A stretch of DNA of 63,909 nt, filler included, from Reticulomyxa filosa (GCA_000512085.1; 25 parts of 25 records of this genome joined end to end with filler, not necessarily neighbours in it), one strand, 5' to 3'. Counted from the whole stretch's first letter, positions 26,030 to 39,382 are shown. The notes: generated by a model from the sequence alone, not told the origin. Numbers and translations are program-made.

Positions 26030-27240
26030 ATGCGACAGTCAACAATTTTGATAGTCGGACTGGATGGCGCAGGTAGTGAATGTGTAAAGAACTTGGTGTT
26101 GGCGGGTATCGGTCATATGACACTATTGGAGCATCGAAAAGTGGACCAAAACATCGTTGACACTCATTTTTACGTGACGTCCAGTCATATTGGAGAATCA
26201 GTAGGAATTTTTACACCTGAACATGAACTTTTACTGTTTCCCCCTTTCAAAAAAAAAACCAAACAAACGTAAAAAAAAAAAAAAGTGGGCCAGAGTAGCG
26301 TCGGAATATTTCAGTGCAATGAACCCAAACGTAAAATTGTCAACGAACACAAAACGCACAAAGTTTGGAAGACGACTATTACAAGGAGTTTGACTGTATA
26401 GTGCTAAACAACCAGCCGCGAAGCTTGCAGCTCCGCGTGAATGGGATCTGTCGACGAAACAAAAACAAGGAAGTGGGTTTCTTTTCCAGCAGGAGTGTGG
26501 GACACATTGGCTATCTTCTGTGCGATATCGGCGACACCTACGCTTTCACGGAAAAGCGCAACGAAAAAGACAAGAAAATATTGAATTGGTATTCGTTGGA
26601 GAGCATATATAACTGTCCACGTCATGTGATGCAGGCCTCGTATAAAAAGAGTATTGAATACTATTTGGATTATTGGTATGTTTTGACTGTGTTGGAAAAG
26701 TTTGAAGACGAATTGCTGAAAACGTTTAACCATTCCAACACGGATTACTTTACTGAGATCAAACACAAATTCTGTCTTGCTACTTATCAGTCCACGTTTG
26801 AAGCGGTGGAAACCCAAACCAACAATTGTCCGCAGTTTCGTGCTGACAAAACCAAGACACAAAACAGCTGCCATCAATTGCTCGCGCAAATTCGAAACTT
26901 GTGGCATGTCAGTGTTTGTCCATTGAATTCCATGAGCGGCGGCTTCTTAGCCAATTTTGTCATGTCTTTCATTCAACGAAAAGAACAGCCTTTGCGAAAT
27001 GTCTTGTTGTTTGACATGTGGAAATGTGAAGCGATTTCGGGGTTATTTTATGATGATAAAGCACGTGCTTCTTCTGCTTCCATTGATCACAAAAGTGATG
27101 CTGTTGTTGATGTCTTGAGCGACAGTGACAACGATGACGCTCAGGCTCGCCCGTCCGACGAACAAAAAGTTGACCATGATGTCAATATTCAAGATGTTCG
27201 TCATGATGACGATAATGTTGACATGATACTACTTGATTAA
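26030..27240 (+). CDS. SUMO-activating enzyme subunit 1 (SAE1/Aos1)-like ThiF-family E1 subunit
   Basis: ILIVGLDGAGSECVKNLVLAGIGHMTL; MNPNVKL; PLNSMSGGFLANFV...PLRNVLLFD; no catalytic Cys domain; one frameshift in an A-run about 26350. Confidence 0.75.
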
Positions 27241-27733
27241 TTCTTGCTGCGTTTTTTTGTTCCCTCCCTTATTTTTATTTAATTGCAAAAAAAAAAATCA
27301 TTTCTCATCTCTTTGGGCACATTTGTCTTATTACTTTTTCTTCACATTTTTTATAACAACTCTCTATTGCTTGTACGAGAAAATATTTTTGAAATGCACA
27401 ACTTTCCTTTCTATTCAACCACTATATTCGATTATAGAAAAAATTCTTGTTTTTGCTTTCATAAAAGTGGCTTTTAAACTACAACCTTTTTTTTTTACAA
27501 AGACGGATAAGCTTGTTTGTGTACGTTGCGTAAAAAATGTAGGCAGGCATTCGCTTGCGCACAATATTTGTAATCGTAACATTATATGGACAAGGTCTGC
27601 CAAATGCAATATTATGTAAACAGAAAACGCTGCTTTGAAGAACAAAATTAGAACGTTACGTTTTTTTTTGGGGGCACGTTGCAAATGATCTTTCTGATAA
27701 TACCTATTTCTCTCTGCTCCATACAAACAAATT

Positions 27734-30283
27734 ATGAACTCCTTGGAGCAATATTTTGAAAATATATTGCGTGATCAAAATGTGTATCCAGATCGTATTC
27801 AGGCAATAATCTCACTAATAGTCTTTCCAATCGTGTTTATTGGGATGTGTACGTTATTTGTGTCTGTAATGTATCGACTGTGTTGCGGGGAAATGAAAGC
27901 AGCAGTGAAAAAAATGAACCGATTGTTGTTTATTGGGAATTTAGTGTTTAACACATTGTTTGTATCACTTCAATTTTGTAGCTATTTTCTGACGCTATTT
28001 TTGAATAATGGACGATTACTCCCATGCTTTATTCGGCAAGCAAATGTATTTTGTTTATTTTTGGGTCGACTATGTTTGTACATTTTTTTTTTTGAAAAGG
28101 TATGCATGTAGTAAACGCGAGTAGGCAGACAAAAAAAAAAAGTGAAAATGAATGACGTCGAGAGACATGACGACAATAAACATTAGGTTACACTCGACAT
28201 TGAAAGGAAGTGCATTGCGTTATTCCAAACATTTGTTGAAAATCCTTGGGATTGCAGTAAGTTTGTGGGGAATCGGAGGAGCGGTATACTATTACATAAT
28301 AATGGTATCCCATAAATGTGACCCGCAATTGCGAATCATTGCATCATTGCCCAATAGTGCAATCGACTTTTTATTTGCAATATTTCTGATGTATTTATTT
28401 GTCCGAAAGATATACTCAGTTTAAGCCAACATTCAATGTTACTATATTTTTCGCACACAAAAAAAACAACCAAAAACACCCCCCCTTTTTTTTTTTGTAA
28501 AGTATCAGTTTATATGTGTACATGTGTATGTATAGACAGCGTCAATGATTGATCGTGGAACTAACGAACGAAAGGCCTCTAGTCCAACGTCGAATGACAC
28601 GCAATCGCCACATCGAAGCTCGAAGATAAGACCATTTGCACGTTCGAGTTCGCAATTGGACAGTGCGGGCAGACACGAAGACAGCGTCAGTACTTCACGC
28701 TTTTCATTTTCGCGTCGAGCGTCGTCAGTGCTCAGCTCACAGGCTGCTGCCTATCGATTCATGCATTTGATCTGTAAACTAACCATTCTGACCATTGTTA
28801 TGAAACTCTTTTTTTAATTTCCTATTACGTATACCTTTCTCACAATAGCAACAATAATATACCCTTTTTTTTTTTTTTGAAAAAAAAAGTTCAACTCAAA
28901 TTCAAAAAAAAAAAAGGTGGCAGTCCTTTCCACTTGGATTTGCGTCGTCATAGGGACAATGGTGGCGTTGTCGCCATTGCTGTATGCTGTAGACGCGTGG
29001 ATAAGCTCGCTATGCTTGTTACTGTCGTTCACATATTACGAACGGCATTTCGCGACGCTTTGCAAGCTGTGTCGCCTGTGCTGCGAAAAGCCGTGCATGG
29101 TGTGGCTCGACCTGAGTGAGCCGGTCATGATCGCCAGGAATTCCAGGATCTCGATCGTGCCTGTCAGACCCGACATTCGTCCCAGGACCGCTTCGTCTCC
29201 AGGGGACTCGTCCCCGTTTGATCTTCCCGTCGCCCTTTCCAAAGACAGGCATGCGCCTGTGTCTGTTACCACCTTGTCGCCTGCAAGAAAAGCAGTAGCG
29301 TTCAAACTGCTTTTGTCACTGGTTAACAAAAAAAAAAAGATATTATTTATGTTATAATTTTTTGGATATCAAATGACAATTGCAATCCAAATACACATTT
29401 TATGACAGATGCACCGGGACTTGTGTCACGGCAATTCCGCGCGACGTCGGTGAATGCTTCCAATGCCACCGAGTTGTCCTTGCACCAGGATTTGGTGCTG
29501 GACGAGGCGGAAAAGCAGCTGAACAAAGCGGTCGTCGACAGTCGCGTACACGATAACGGCAACGACAACGACAACGACAATGACGACACTGGACGTGCCA
29601 ATGATAACATGAACCAAGTACAAGGACAAGCACAAGTACAATCACAGGTGCAAGTGCAAGAACAAGCACAAGTACAAGAACAAGAACAAAAAGCAAAAAG
29701 AGAAGAAACACGTGAGGACGAAAGCAAAGCAATGGAAGGCAGCAAGTTTGCATTTAAACTTCCAAGCCTCCTCCTCACAGGTGGCAATAGCAATAAAGCC
29801 AAGGCGATTCCGCCTGCGTCTTCGCCAGAGGTTGTGATGAGTATGATCAACTTGTCGCAAAAGCCGAGCCGTCGATCCGTCGACGATGAAATGGACAGAG
29901 AAAGGAGTCCGATCAGCATTACCATGACGTACACTCAAGAGCGAAACCCAGAACACAACTACTCGCAGACGAAGACAGCAAACACTAACAGTGTGCGCAC
30001 TCGTCATCACAGTCAATCTAAGACGCAGAGTCGAAATCACAGCGACAGTCGCAGTGAAACGCATCACAGTAATAATAATAATAATAACAAACCACACGAC
30101 GTCTTTCATGCCAATGCCAACAATGACGAACATAACATGGCTGTGGTCGTCGCAGGGGATGACGTCGATCAACATGCTCGCAACAATCGAGGTCCTCCTC
30201 AGGCTGCTTTTGTTAACACTCTCGAAGTGGTCGATGAAGAAGACGATATCACGATTATTGAAAGTACCTCAATTCAACTTTAA
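27734..30283 (+). CDS. Seven-transmembrane (GPCR-like) protein with a long low-complexity C-tail, 5 exons
   Basis: Seven hydrophobic segments across exons; Ser/Arg-rich third intracellular loop; Cys cluster after TM7 (LCKLCRLCC). Confidence 0.7.
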
Positions 30284-31099
30284 CTTTTTTTTTTTTGCTT
30301 GTATTTAAACGCGAATAGATGGAGTCAGTAGGACTTGTTTTTTTTTTTCTATCTTATTTTTTAGTTGTTTTTTTCTCAGTTTTGCTAATCTTTTTCTTTC
30401 GGGGTCGTTCTCTTTTTTTATGACTTGGACGGCTGTATTTGGTTTTTTCGGGATTCGAACAATTGCCCTTCCATTTTGAAAAAGGACAATTATAAAAGAG
30501 ATTGCTTACAGGTTCATTCATTTTGTTGTCATCGTTTTGTTTTGCTCTCTTCAAACAATTATGATGGAGAAAACATATATTATTTGTGTCTTAGGTTTCT
30601 TCCCTGTTTGATTGGTGTATTTTTCTTATCTCTTGACTCTCAATTTTGTGATGTTAAAATACTTTCAAAATCAATCGAAAAAGAGTCAAATGATAACCCA
30701 CATTTTTCTCTTGGATGTCCAATCAAACTTAAAAAAGTAAATCAAAGTTCATTGTTGTGAAGCCGATTATTTTTACACAATGTGACGATTACGATTTTTT
30801 CATATTTTTTTAAACTTTTTGCAAGTGCTTTGTTAAAATCTTGTATTATACATGTAATACTTAATTTTAAATACATTAGTCTTTTAAAAAGATCTTCTCA
30901 TTGAAAAGAAATCACGGACATTGGCAAAATCTTTTTTAACACATTTTGAGAAACACCTTTGTTGTTTTGAGAAAAAAAGTTCAAACATTTTTCTATCACA
31001 ATCGAAGACCATCTTAAGAGAAAAAGAAAAGGGAAAGGATGACCTCTTTTAGCAATAAAAAAGAAATTTCAACACTTTCGTTGGTAAGCTTTATTTCAA

Positions 31100-32220
31100 G
31101 AAAATTTAACTTCTTTGGGACTTTATATTGGATATTGATTGAATCAACCAAAAGAAGAAGAGATTCAAATGATTATTCAGAATTGAATTCAAATATTACA
31201 TATAAATTGGATGGGTCAAAGATTTTGACAAACCTATCGCCAATCGTTAATTTCTTTTTTTTCTCAATGCAAACCAAAAACTCGAATATTTATTTGCTGC
31301 TATCGTCACAATCACTACTACCACATGTAAATACTGTTTCCATGTTTGAAATGTTTCGTTTATAATCTGACATTTCGATGATGATAACGATATAATGAAA
31401 ATTTCGCATAACTCACGATATCTGAATGTCCTGAACAATTGAGTTTATTTGTTAGTATCCATATTTCATACGTGAACTATTTTATCAGATGATCCAAAAC
31501 AAAGCAATTGAACATCATCTAATGTCGAATAGTCACACAACCATTTTTTCCGTTGAATTTTATGAATATTTATTTGTTCAGCATCACTTGATAAAACGAT
31601 TCGTTTTTGGAATATCAAAAATGATCAACAATTTAACGAATTTAATGAATTCGTGTAACTGAATTCTCATCATTTAACAGTGGCTGATATTTGCTCTGGA
31701 TCATTTGACAAAATAATCCGTTGATGAGATGTCGAAACATACAAATCATTGAATATTCTCAAAGGACAAAATTATGCTTGATACGTAGATTTTTCACCAT
31801 TGTAAAATAATGACAACAAAAACGAAAGTAATAGTATTGATGTGATGTTGGGATGGATATTCCGGATCAAACGATAAAATCATTCGTGTGTGGACATTGA
31901 AACAACTAAACAATTAATTCTATTCAAAAGGATTAAGATAAGGTTAGGAGTGCAAAATATAGATCAAATAAATTAGGGATTTTGGTTGTGCTAATACAAT
32001 ATTATCTGGATCAAATAATAAAAGTAGTCGTCTGTGAGATATTCGATCTAGTTGACAAATTTAAGTATTCAATGGACATCAGATCATGTGTATTTGCCGT
32101 TTGTGGCAAATAATAATAAAGTTGGTAATCGTCCAAATGTAATTTGTTCTGGATCATAGTGATAATACAATTTGTTTTTAGGATATTCGATCAAATAAGA
32201 AAGAATTGTATAATGTTATT
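31100..32220 (+). pseudogene. Heavily decayed WD40 gene of the same family as 50724-51830
   Basis: Remnants EEEIQMIIQN*I...GWVKDFDK, SASLDKTIRFWNIKN, SGSFDKIIR**DVET, NTILSGSNNKS, VICSGS with many stops and frameshifts. Confidence 0.88.
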
Positions 32221-34327
32221 TAAATTTTTAATATTGAAAAAAGAAAAACACATAAAATTTCAATTTGCGTTTTAAAATTAAAATTAAAAGAAATTTTGAT
32301 ATTACTTCAATCCAATTTATATTCACATTACCAAATTGCATAGTGACGACGTTCGCTGTTGTAGCGCTTACACGTTCATTATCTTTGATAATTCAATGAT
32401 CTCAAACAATTTCAGTTTTAAATTTACAAACGTTAGATTAAAATTATAAATTTTCCCTTCAACAAATTCAAATACTTTTTTTCAACAGAAGTGTTAGTAA
32501 TTTGTTTATTGTTTGTTTCCATTATTCCCTTTCACAATATGCTTTTATTTTCATTTCTAATCATTTTGATATTGAAAATCTGATTCAATTCTAATTTGAA
32601 ACGCCAAAATCTGAGTGAATCTTGGAGCATTTTATACTTTTTGTTTGTTCTTGTACAATTCATTTTCTTTATTTTACTACGTAGAATGCAAAGTAGAGTT
32701 GACACATAAAACGGCATCTTATAGAAATGATTGATTTCCTACATGAAAAAACAACATTCAGACATAATTTTTTAAAAATATCTACAATTGTGTACTTTTT
32801 AAATATCATTTTGGTTTTTTATTAAATCTTTCCGAATTATTTCAATATTTTATCTTTTTTTTTCTTTTTTTTTTTAGCTAAGTGTAGTTCGCTATTTGAG
32901 TTTTTCAATTTTTTTTTGAAAATGGCTAAAGGATTGAGAATTTTAACAAAAAANNNNNNNNNNNNNNNNNNNNNNNNNNNNNNNNNNNNNNNNNNNNTTA
33001 ATTAATTAANNNNNNNNNNNNNNNNNNNNNNNNNNNNNNNNNNNNNNNNNNNNAAAAACTGAAAATTCATTTTCATCTTCTTTTGAAACTATATCGCCTT
33101 TCGTTTTCTGCGAGAAGTTAGCTTAATATGTTTTTTGAGTTGTGAGTCTATTCAATACATGTGTATTTATTGCGATAGTATATCGCTTCATTGTCTATCT
33201 TATCTTATATTCTTCCTCTTCACTTCCAGTATCTTCCACCATCTGTTTGATCTTTTGACATATGTTTTGTACATTCAGTCACCCCTTTCGATTCTGGATT
33301 ATCTTGTGGCATTTGCTCTTTTTTTTCTGTGATTTTTTTTGTTGATGTAAATTGAGGAGTTGTTTGTTGTTTAGATTATCTGTTTATGTTTTTTTTTCCC
33401 CATATGCATATTTTTTTGCTTCCACTAGGCATAGTAAACAACTTTGAAGTGCCTCTTGATATCCACATGGACATCCTTTTAGTCCCCCCTAATTACTCTG
33501 GCACTCAACTTCTTTTGCAGCTATGCAACGGACATTTCTGAAATAGTGAACTAAGGAGAAATCAAGTTTCTTTTTCTCATTTGAACAAATTACTGATTTT
33601 TCAAAGCTCTCCGCAGTTTTAAAAGATCATAATTGCTTTAAAGAAAAAATAGAACTTTAAAGTCACATCTAAGTATATTTCGGTCGTGCAGGAGTGAAAA
33701 TTATGTAATGTATGTGATGAACGAGCTATATTAACCTATCTTTAAAAAAAACTTCCTTAGAATATTAATTCAAGTGAAGTTTTTTTGCAAGACAAGCATT
33801 TGTTTTTGCTCGTGTAACAAAACAAGGTTGAATTTGTTTCCAGTTTGTTGGTTGCTCCGTAGGTGTTGTAAGGCAGTAACAAAAAAAATCATACAATATG
33901 TTTCATCTGTATGCAGTCATGAGAAGTTCTGTACAATATCAGCATTATCCTTTCTATCACTAGTTGAGCAACGTTGTACAAGAGTAACTTGTTCATAATG
34001 TTCCAAAACATGACCAGACTAAAATGCTTCCACCAACAAATTTTGCTATGCATGTTATGGAATTTTCATCTAATGGTTGTCAATATTTCGGCAACAAATC
34101 AAAATGACAAAAATCAATATCAAACACCTAAAAAAAATATCAAAAATTGTTTAAAAAATATTGTCAAATTTCATGACTATGAGAAAAATACTATTGTCAA
34201 CTTTTTTTAAGAAATTTTACCAAATCANNNNNNNNNNNNNNNNNNNNNNNNNNNNNNNNNNNNNNNNNNNNTTAATTAATTAANNNNNNNNNNNNNNNNN
34301 NNNNNNNNNNNNNNNNNNNNNNNNNNN

Positions 34328-35548
34328 TCCTTGTCCTTACTCTTACCATTAATACTCACAGATTGTGCCATTGCACTATCTTCGCTGTCCCATTTGTCTA
34401 TCTTCTCTTTTGCGTCCAACAACGCAATGTACAGATCCAATGACAAGTCTGGGTTCACTTCGATGCCATTGTCATTCAATGCAATGTTCCATTGATTCTC
34501 GTTGATCGACGTACACTCGGTCACCCCGCCTCGTGACTGCACAAACTTGTTCCAAATCTTAATCCCCAACGCTTCCGACTGTTGCTGCTTCGATAATATC
34601 ATCGACGAGCTGCGGTCGTTCCTGTGTCGAATCGACATTTGTTGTTGTCGCAAGTACAATTTGCTGTCTTTGCGGATGTGCTTTTGCTTTGTCTTGACTT
34701 TCTTTTGTCCGTTCAACGAAACAGGATTGAAACAACCAAATCAAAAGGGTTTACTTTCAATACATTAGCAAACAAACAAAAAAAAAAAAAAAAAAAAAAA
34801 ATATATATATATGTATATATGTGTGTGACTTGGAGTCTATCCAAGATAACGACAAACAACACTTTTTTTTTTTTTTTTAGTAATAACTTTGGGTTTAGAA
34901 TCGGTGCCAAGGTAACAATGTTTGGATTTCTTCTTCCAAATTTTGTCTTTGTTTTCCAATGCAATCGTATAAAAACCGTATATCATCTGGCTTCCAATGG
35001 TGCATCTTTTTTTTTTTTTTTTTTAAACTAAACCGGTTTTTTTTTTTCCTTTCTTTTTTTTTTTTTTTTGAAAAAAAAAAAATTCGACCTTAAACCAGAA
35101 AATCGGCAAAGAATCCATTGTAGCATCCGTCAACCACTCATTAGCGGATCTTTGACTGTCAAATACGTTCATATTGTGACCCAAATGTGCGACTATTTCT
35201 TGTATTATTTCATGACGATTCCTGCATTTGTTTTTTTTTTTTAAAAAGGAAGGAAACCTCGGGCTGGTTGGAACAAAAAAATCAACCCCTCCCCCCCCCC
35301 TTGTTACTTGACACTTACTTGAGATATGACTCATCACTATTCGAACCGGTCAATTGCCGGATCCTTTGATGAAAGTCGGCTTTTTGTTTTCTCATTTGCT
35401 TCAACAATGCCTTCTCTTCCAGTGAGAGCCTCTTCTTACTATCACTTCTCACTGGCACAGACGCGGCATTTGCCAGATCACCATTTGTTTGTGCCGCTAA
35501 TGTTCCATTCTCTGCTGGTTTACCGGTTGGCGATTCCTCGGCGGACAT
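34328..35548 (-). CDS. Hypothetical multi-exon protein, 3'-partial
   Basis: Higher-GC coding-like exons (MSAEESPTGK..., RHEIIQEIVAHLG..., KIWNKFVQSRGG...) separated by GT-AG introns; no family recognised. Confidence 0.6.
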
Positions 35549-35848
35549 CTTTATGACCCAAAGGAGGGGCTATAACAACAAAAAAAAACAAAAGTAATAA
35601 ATATAGACACAAGTGCAATATATAAGCACCGTCGCATAGACATACGGACATACTGTTTGTTTTTTTTTATTACGTAAAGTATTTTTGTTTGTAACAACAG
35701 AAAAAAAATTGGAGGGAGAAAGGGAACAAGTGAGCGTCCATCTCCAATTTAGGTATCTTAAAAAAAAGCTTTGGTCTTATCTCAAAGACCTTTGATTCGA
35801 AAGGATAAGGTGGCTATAATTAATAGCAATAAAAATATCATTTGAAAA

Positions 35849-36164
35849 ATGAGCAAAGTACGTTTGCGTCAGGGATTTGTGTGACATCTTTTTTTTTTGA
35901 GAAGAGGCAACATATCTTAGTGTATTGTATCAAAACATGGGACAGATGAATGCGTTGTTATCACCAGCGAGCAATGTGTCATCGGATCTCGACACGCCAG
36001 TGGATAGAGGATGGCCGGACGAGGAGCGCAAAAGGATAAGTGAGCAGTTAAACAAGCGTTTGGACCCCAGAATGCGTCCTTCCCAGCAAGATTTGGAGCT
36101 TCGAAACGTGGTTCCACCCAACGTTTTTACAGACGAAGTTATGATGTACTTATTCACTTACACG

Positions 36165-36201
<37 letters not shown>

Positions 36202-36870
36202 TTTTGGAATTACAAAAAAAAATGTCAAATTTAAAAACAAAAGTGGGATTCAGTGGAAAACCGTACCAAAGCACGTCAAGTGGCCAGTTTAATGTTGCGA
36301 AATGCATTGCAATCACGAACGACGCTAGAGGAAATTGGACAGTCAGAAATGGCAGATTTGCTCAAATACAAAGAGTGGTATGATACACACGTAGTATTGC
36401 CATCGAATGAGGAGCGTAAGAATGACAATAGCAATAACAACACTCTTCTTCATATAAATGTGAACGAGAGCAAATATGACGCGGATCATAGTGAGAATGA
36501 AGATGGGCGTGGTGGTAGTAATGGTAATAATAATGGTAATGCCACTCCTTCCAATCGCCAAAAAAAAAAAAATATAGCAAAAGAAAGACCAAAAAGAGAA
36601 GTCGAAGCATCGACCGATTGGAATGGAAGTTGGCACAACGAAGCACTATCGGAGAGATGGTTGCACGTTCGTTGATCCCACCCGAATACATTCCGACCAT
36701 TAACTCGGATAAGCCTTACGACGTTGCCGAAAAAGAAAAAAAAAGCCATTTTCTCACCGTCGAGGAAAAACTCAAGCACAAATTGGAACTCAAAACCCAG
36801 CCCACTCCGTTGGAATTGTATCAGAGAGGAGTTTTGGTCGAGCCGTCTTTGAGTGACCCCGTATGTTCTC
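35849..36870 (+). CDS. RPEL-repeat protein (G-actin binding), multi-exon, 3'-partial
   Basis: LNKRLDPRMRPSQQDLELRNVV; KLAQRSTIGEMVARSLI; LKHKLELKTQPTPLELYQRGVL. Confidence 0.75.
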
Positions 36871-36920
36871 TTTTGCTTTTTGTTTTTGTTGTTATTTAAT
36901 TGTGCAGGTTCAAATGCTGC

Positions 36921-36956
<36 letters not shown>

Positions 36957-37059
36957 ATANNNNNNNNNNNNNNNNNNNNNNNNNNNNNNNNNNNNNNNNN
37001 NNNTTAATTAATTAANNNNNNNNNNNNNNNNNNNNNNNNNNNNNNNNNNNNNNNNNNNN

Positions 37060-38124
37060 TGTCTCATTCTCAATCATACTTGGCACTTCCGCACAATTAA
37101 TCCCTATGGTAGAGACGATTTAGCAAATTGTGTAGCAGTTAATGAAAGCAAAAACATAGAAATATCTTTATCAATTATCAATTATTTGTTAATTGTTAAA
37201 TTGTTACACTTACATTTCAAACACACAGGAGTTCAACTCTTTCCATGTCATTTGGAAAGATTTAGATAATACAATACACAAAGAACCATTGAATCCATAT
37301 TTAACCACTTTCAAAAATGGAAAACAACATCTACAACATAATTTACAAATAAGAACTCATTTTATAGCTGGAATGGATGAATTAATATTATTTAGATGTG
37401 AATTTGACAAATGTAACCCAGCAATATCATCAAAAGTGGATGAATTAGATTTATTACATGATATTTACAAACATCATCCTCATTATCCAATTGTTCAAGT
37501 ACATTGGGAGATAGAAGGACGCTTTATGGTACCCTACAAACGCATAATTAGTATTGAAAGAAATAATTTACCAAAAAGTGGTAAATTAAATGGTGAATTT
37601 ATTCTATCAAGCCAAAAAAATAAATTCAATCCGTTATTGTATGAGTGTGATTTGCACAAACTTAAAATGCTTGAAGATACAATAAATGTGCAATTGACAA
37701 GAAACAATGAATTGCAGAAACTGTTTCACGAAGTAATAAAGAACCTCTATTTAGGTGATTTACTCAACGAAAAAAATGTATCAAATCTTGATCATGCAAA
37801 TTTCAAACAACAAATTAATTATAATGAAAAGGATGAAAATGGTGAATTGATATTAAATGATAAAATATTAACAATATTAAATGAATTGAAGATATTGTAT
37901 CATGACGAAATTCATAAACATATGGGATATCCACTTCAATTATTCCATATTTGTGCAATTTTATTATATTGTGGTAAATCATGTAATGCTGAATTCAGTT
38001 ATGATCAAATACAATTTAAACATCATTTATGGCCTTATTTAGATTTTTTTTTAAGTGATGCTATACACATTTTACATAAGCATGAAAAAAGAGAAGAAAG
38101 TGAAATGGAATTATATTGTGGATT
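37060..38124 (+). CDS. Lineage-expanded hypothetical protein ending in the N-terminal half of an ART (VIP2/ecto-ART-like) domain, partial
   Basis: HICAILLYCG...W..LDFFLSDAIHILHKHE....ELYCG resembles the AI.LYT...W...L..AL..L....LYRG ART signature; contig ends at LYCG. Confidence 0.5.
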
Positions 38125-38224
38125 NNNNNNNNNNNNNNNNNNNNNNNNNNNNNNNNNNNNNNNNNNNNTTAATTAATTAANNNNNNNNNNNNNNNNNNNN
38201 NNNNNNNNNNNNNNNNNNNNNNNN

Positions 38225-38652
38225 TTTTTGGAAATGGGATTTGTCCCAGGACCGTATTCAAAAGTGGCTGCGTCCCTTGAGACACGGAATTGTGAAACAA
38301 GTTCATCATGACATTGGTTGGGTTGACGAGTGGAATGGATGTCTCGGGCTTCTGTTGTGAGTTCAATGAAACAGGCGTGCTGCCATATAACGGCATATTG
38401 TCAATGTTTTGTGTGGGTGCAAATGGCATTGACAATGGCAATGGCAATGGCAATTGCAGTGGCGGCAATTGCAGGGTTGGCAGTTGTAATGGTAATGTCA
38501 TTGGATATGTTTGTGATGATATCGAGTGAGTCCCTCTCATTTCTTCATTGCCCATTGTCACGTTTGTATTTCCATTGCCATTCACACTCCCATTATTATT
38601 CGCATTCACATTCGCAACTTGTCCACTTGATAACGACTGAGTCGGTTCGTTC
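38225..38652 (-). CDS. Low-complexity (N/P/L/Q-rich) exon of an unknown protein, partial
   Basis: Open coding-like frame with LPLQLPTLQLPPLQLP repeats. Confidence 0.5.
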
Positions 38653-38755
38653 TTTCATTTGTTTGTTTGTTTTCAATTACTTATTAATTCATACACAAAT
38701 ATGTACAAACTAAATCACGAGTGTTGTGTTGTGTTGTGCCCTTTTTTTTTTTTTC

Positions 38756-38977
38756 TCCGGCAAAGATCAAATGCTGTTGTTCTGGGGAATACCCTTCTTG
38801 TCCTGAATTTTCGTCTTAACGTTTTGGATAGTGTCGTTGGATTCTACATCCGTTTTTCCAGCCAAGGTCTTCCCGAAGCTGTTTGTTACAAACCATTTTT
38901 TTTTTTTTTGGTGTGTATGTGTGTTGAAATACTACTGCCATGATACAAGACAAAAAACACTACATTTGCATCGCCAT
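38756..38977 (-). pseudogene. Truncated ubiquitin gene fragment with an intron at 38879-38963
   Basis: Spliced: [36 protein letters not shown](P)EQQHLIFAG; 9-bp deletion (ITL), 1-bp deletion, ends after FAG. Confidence 0.9.
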
Positions 38978-39382
38978 CACTGCTCACGCAAATTGAAGTT
39001 GAATACTTGAAAGATGCAATTAAAATGCAAAACAACAAACCAAATTGCAAGCAAGCAAAGAAAAAAGGTAACCCTTGAACTACAGAAAGTAACAATTTTA
39101 CGCGAATACGAAATTGGAAGTATTGACCACAGGGCTCTTTTTGTGCTTTATAGTTTTGTTTTGCTTAACTGATACAACCGCACTAGTATAGTGCGCAAAA
39201 AAAAAAAGTATGATTTCATGATGTGGAATCTGGGTACAATCTAAGAAACTACAATTGGCTTTCGAATGACTAACCTTTCTCTACTAAATAGAAACGGAGT
39301 TACCTGAAAGAAAAAAAGAGGGCTGTTTTTTTTTTTGTTTTTCCTATCCCTAGCATAAAAGGCAAATAAAAATTCCTCCGCA

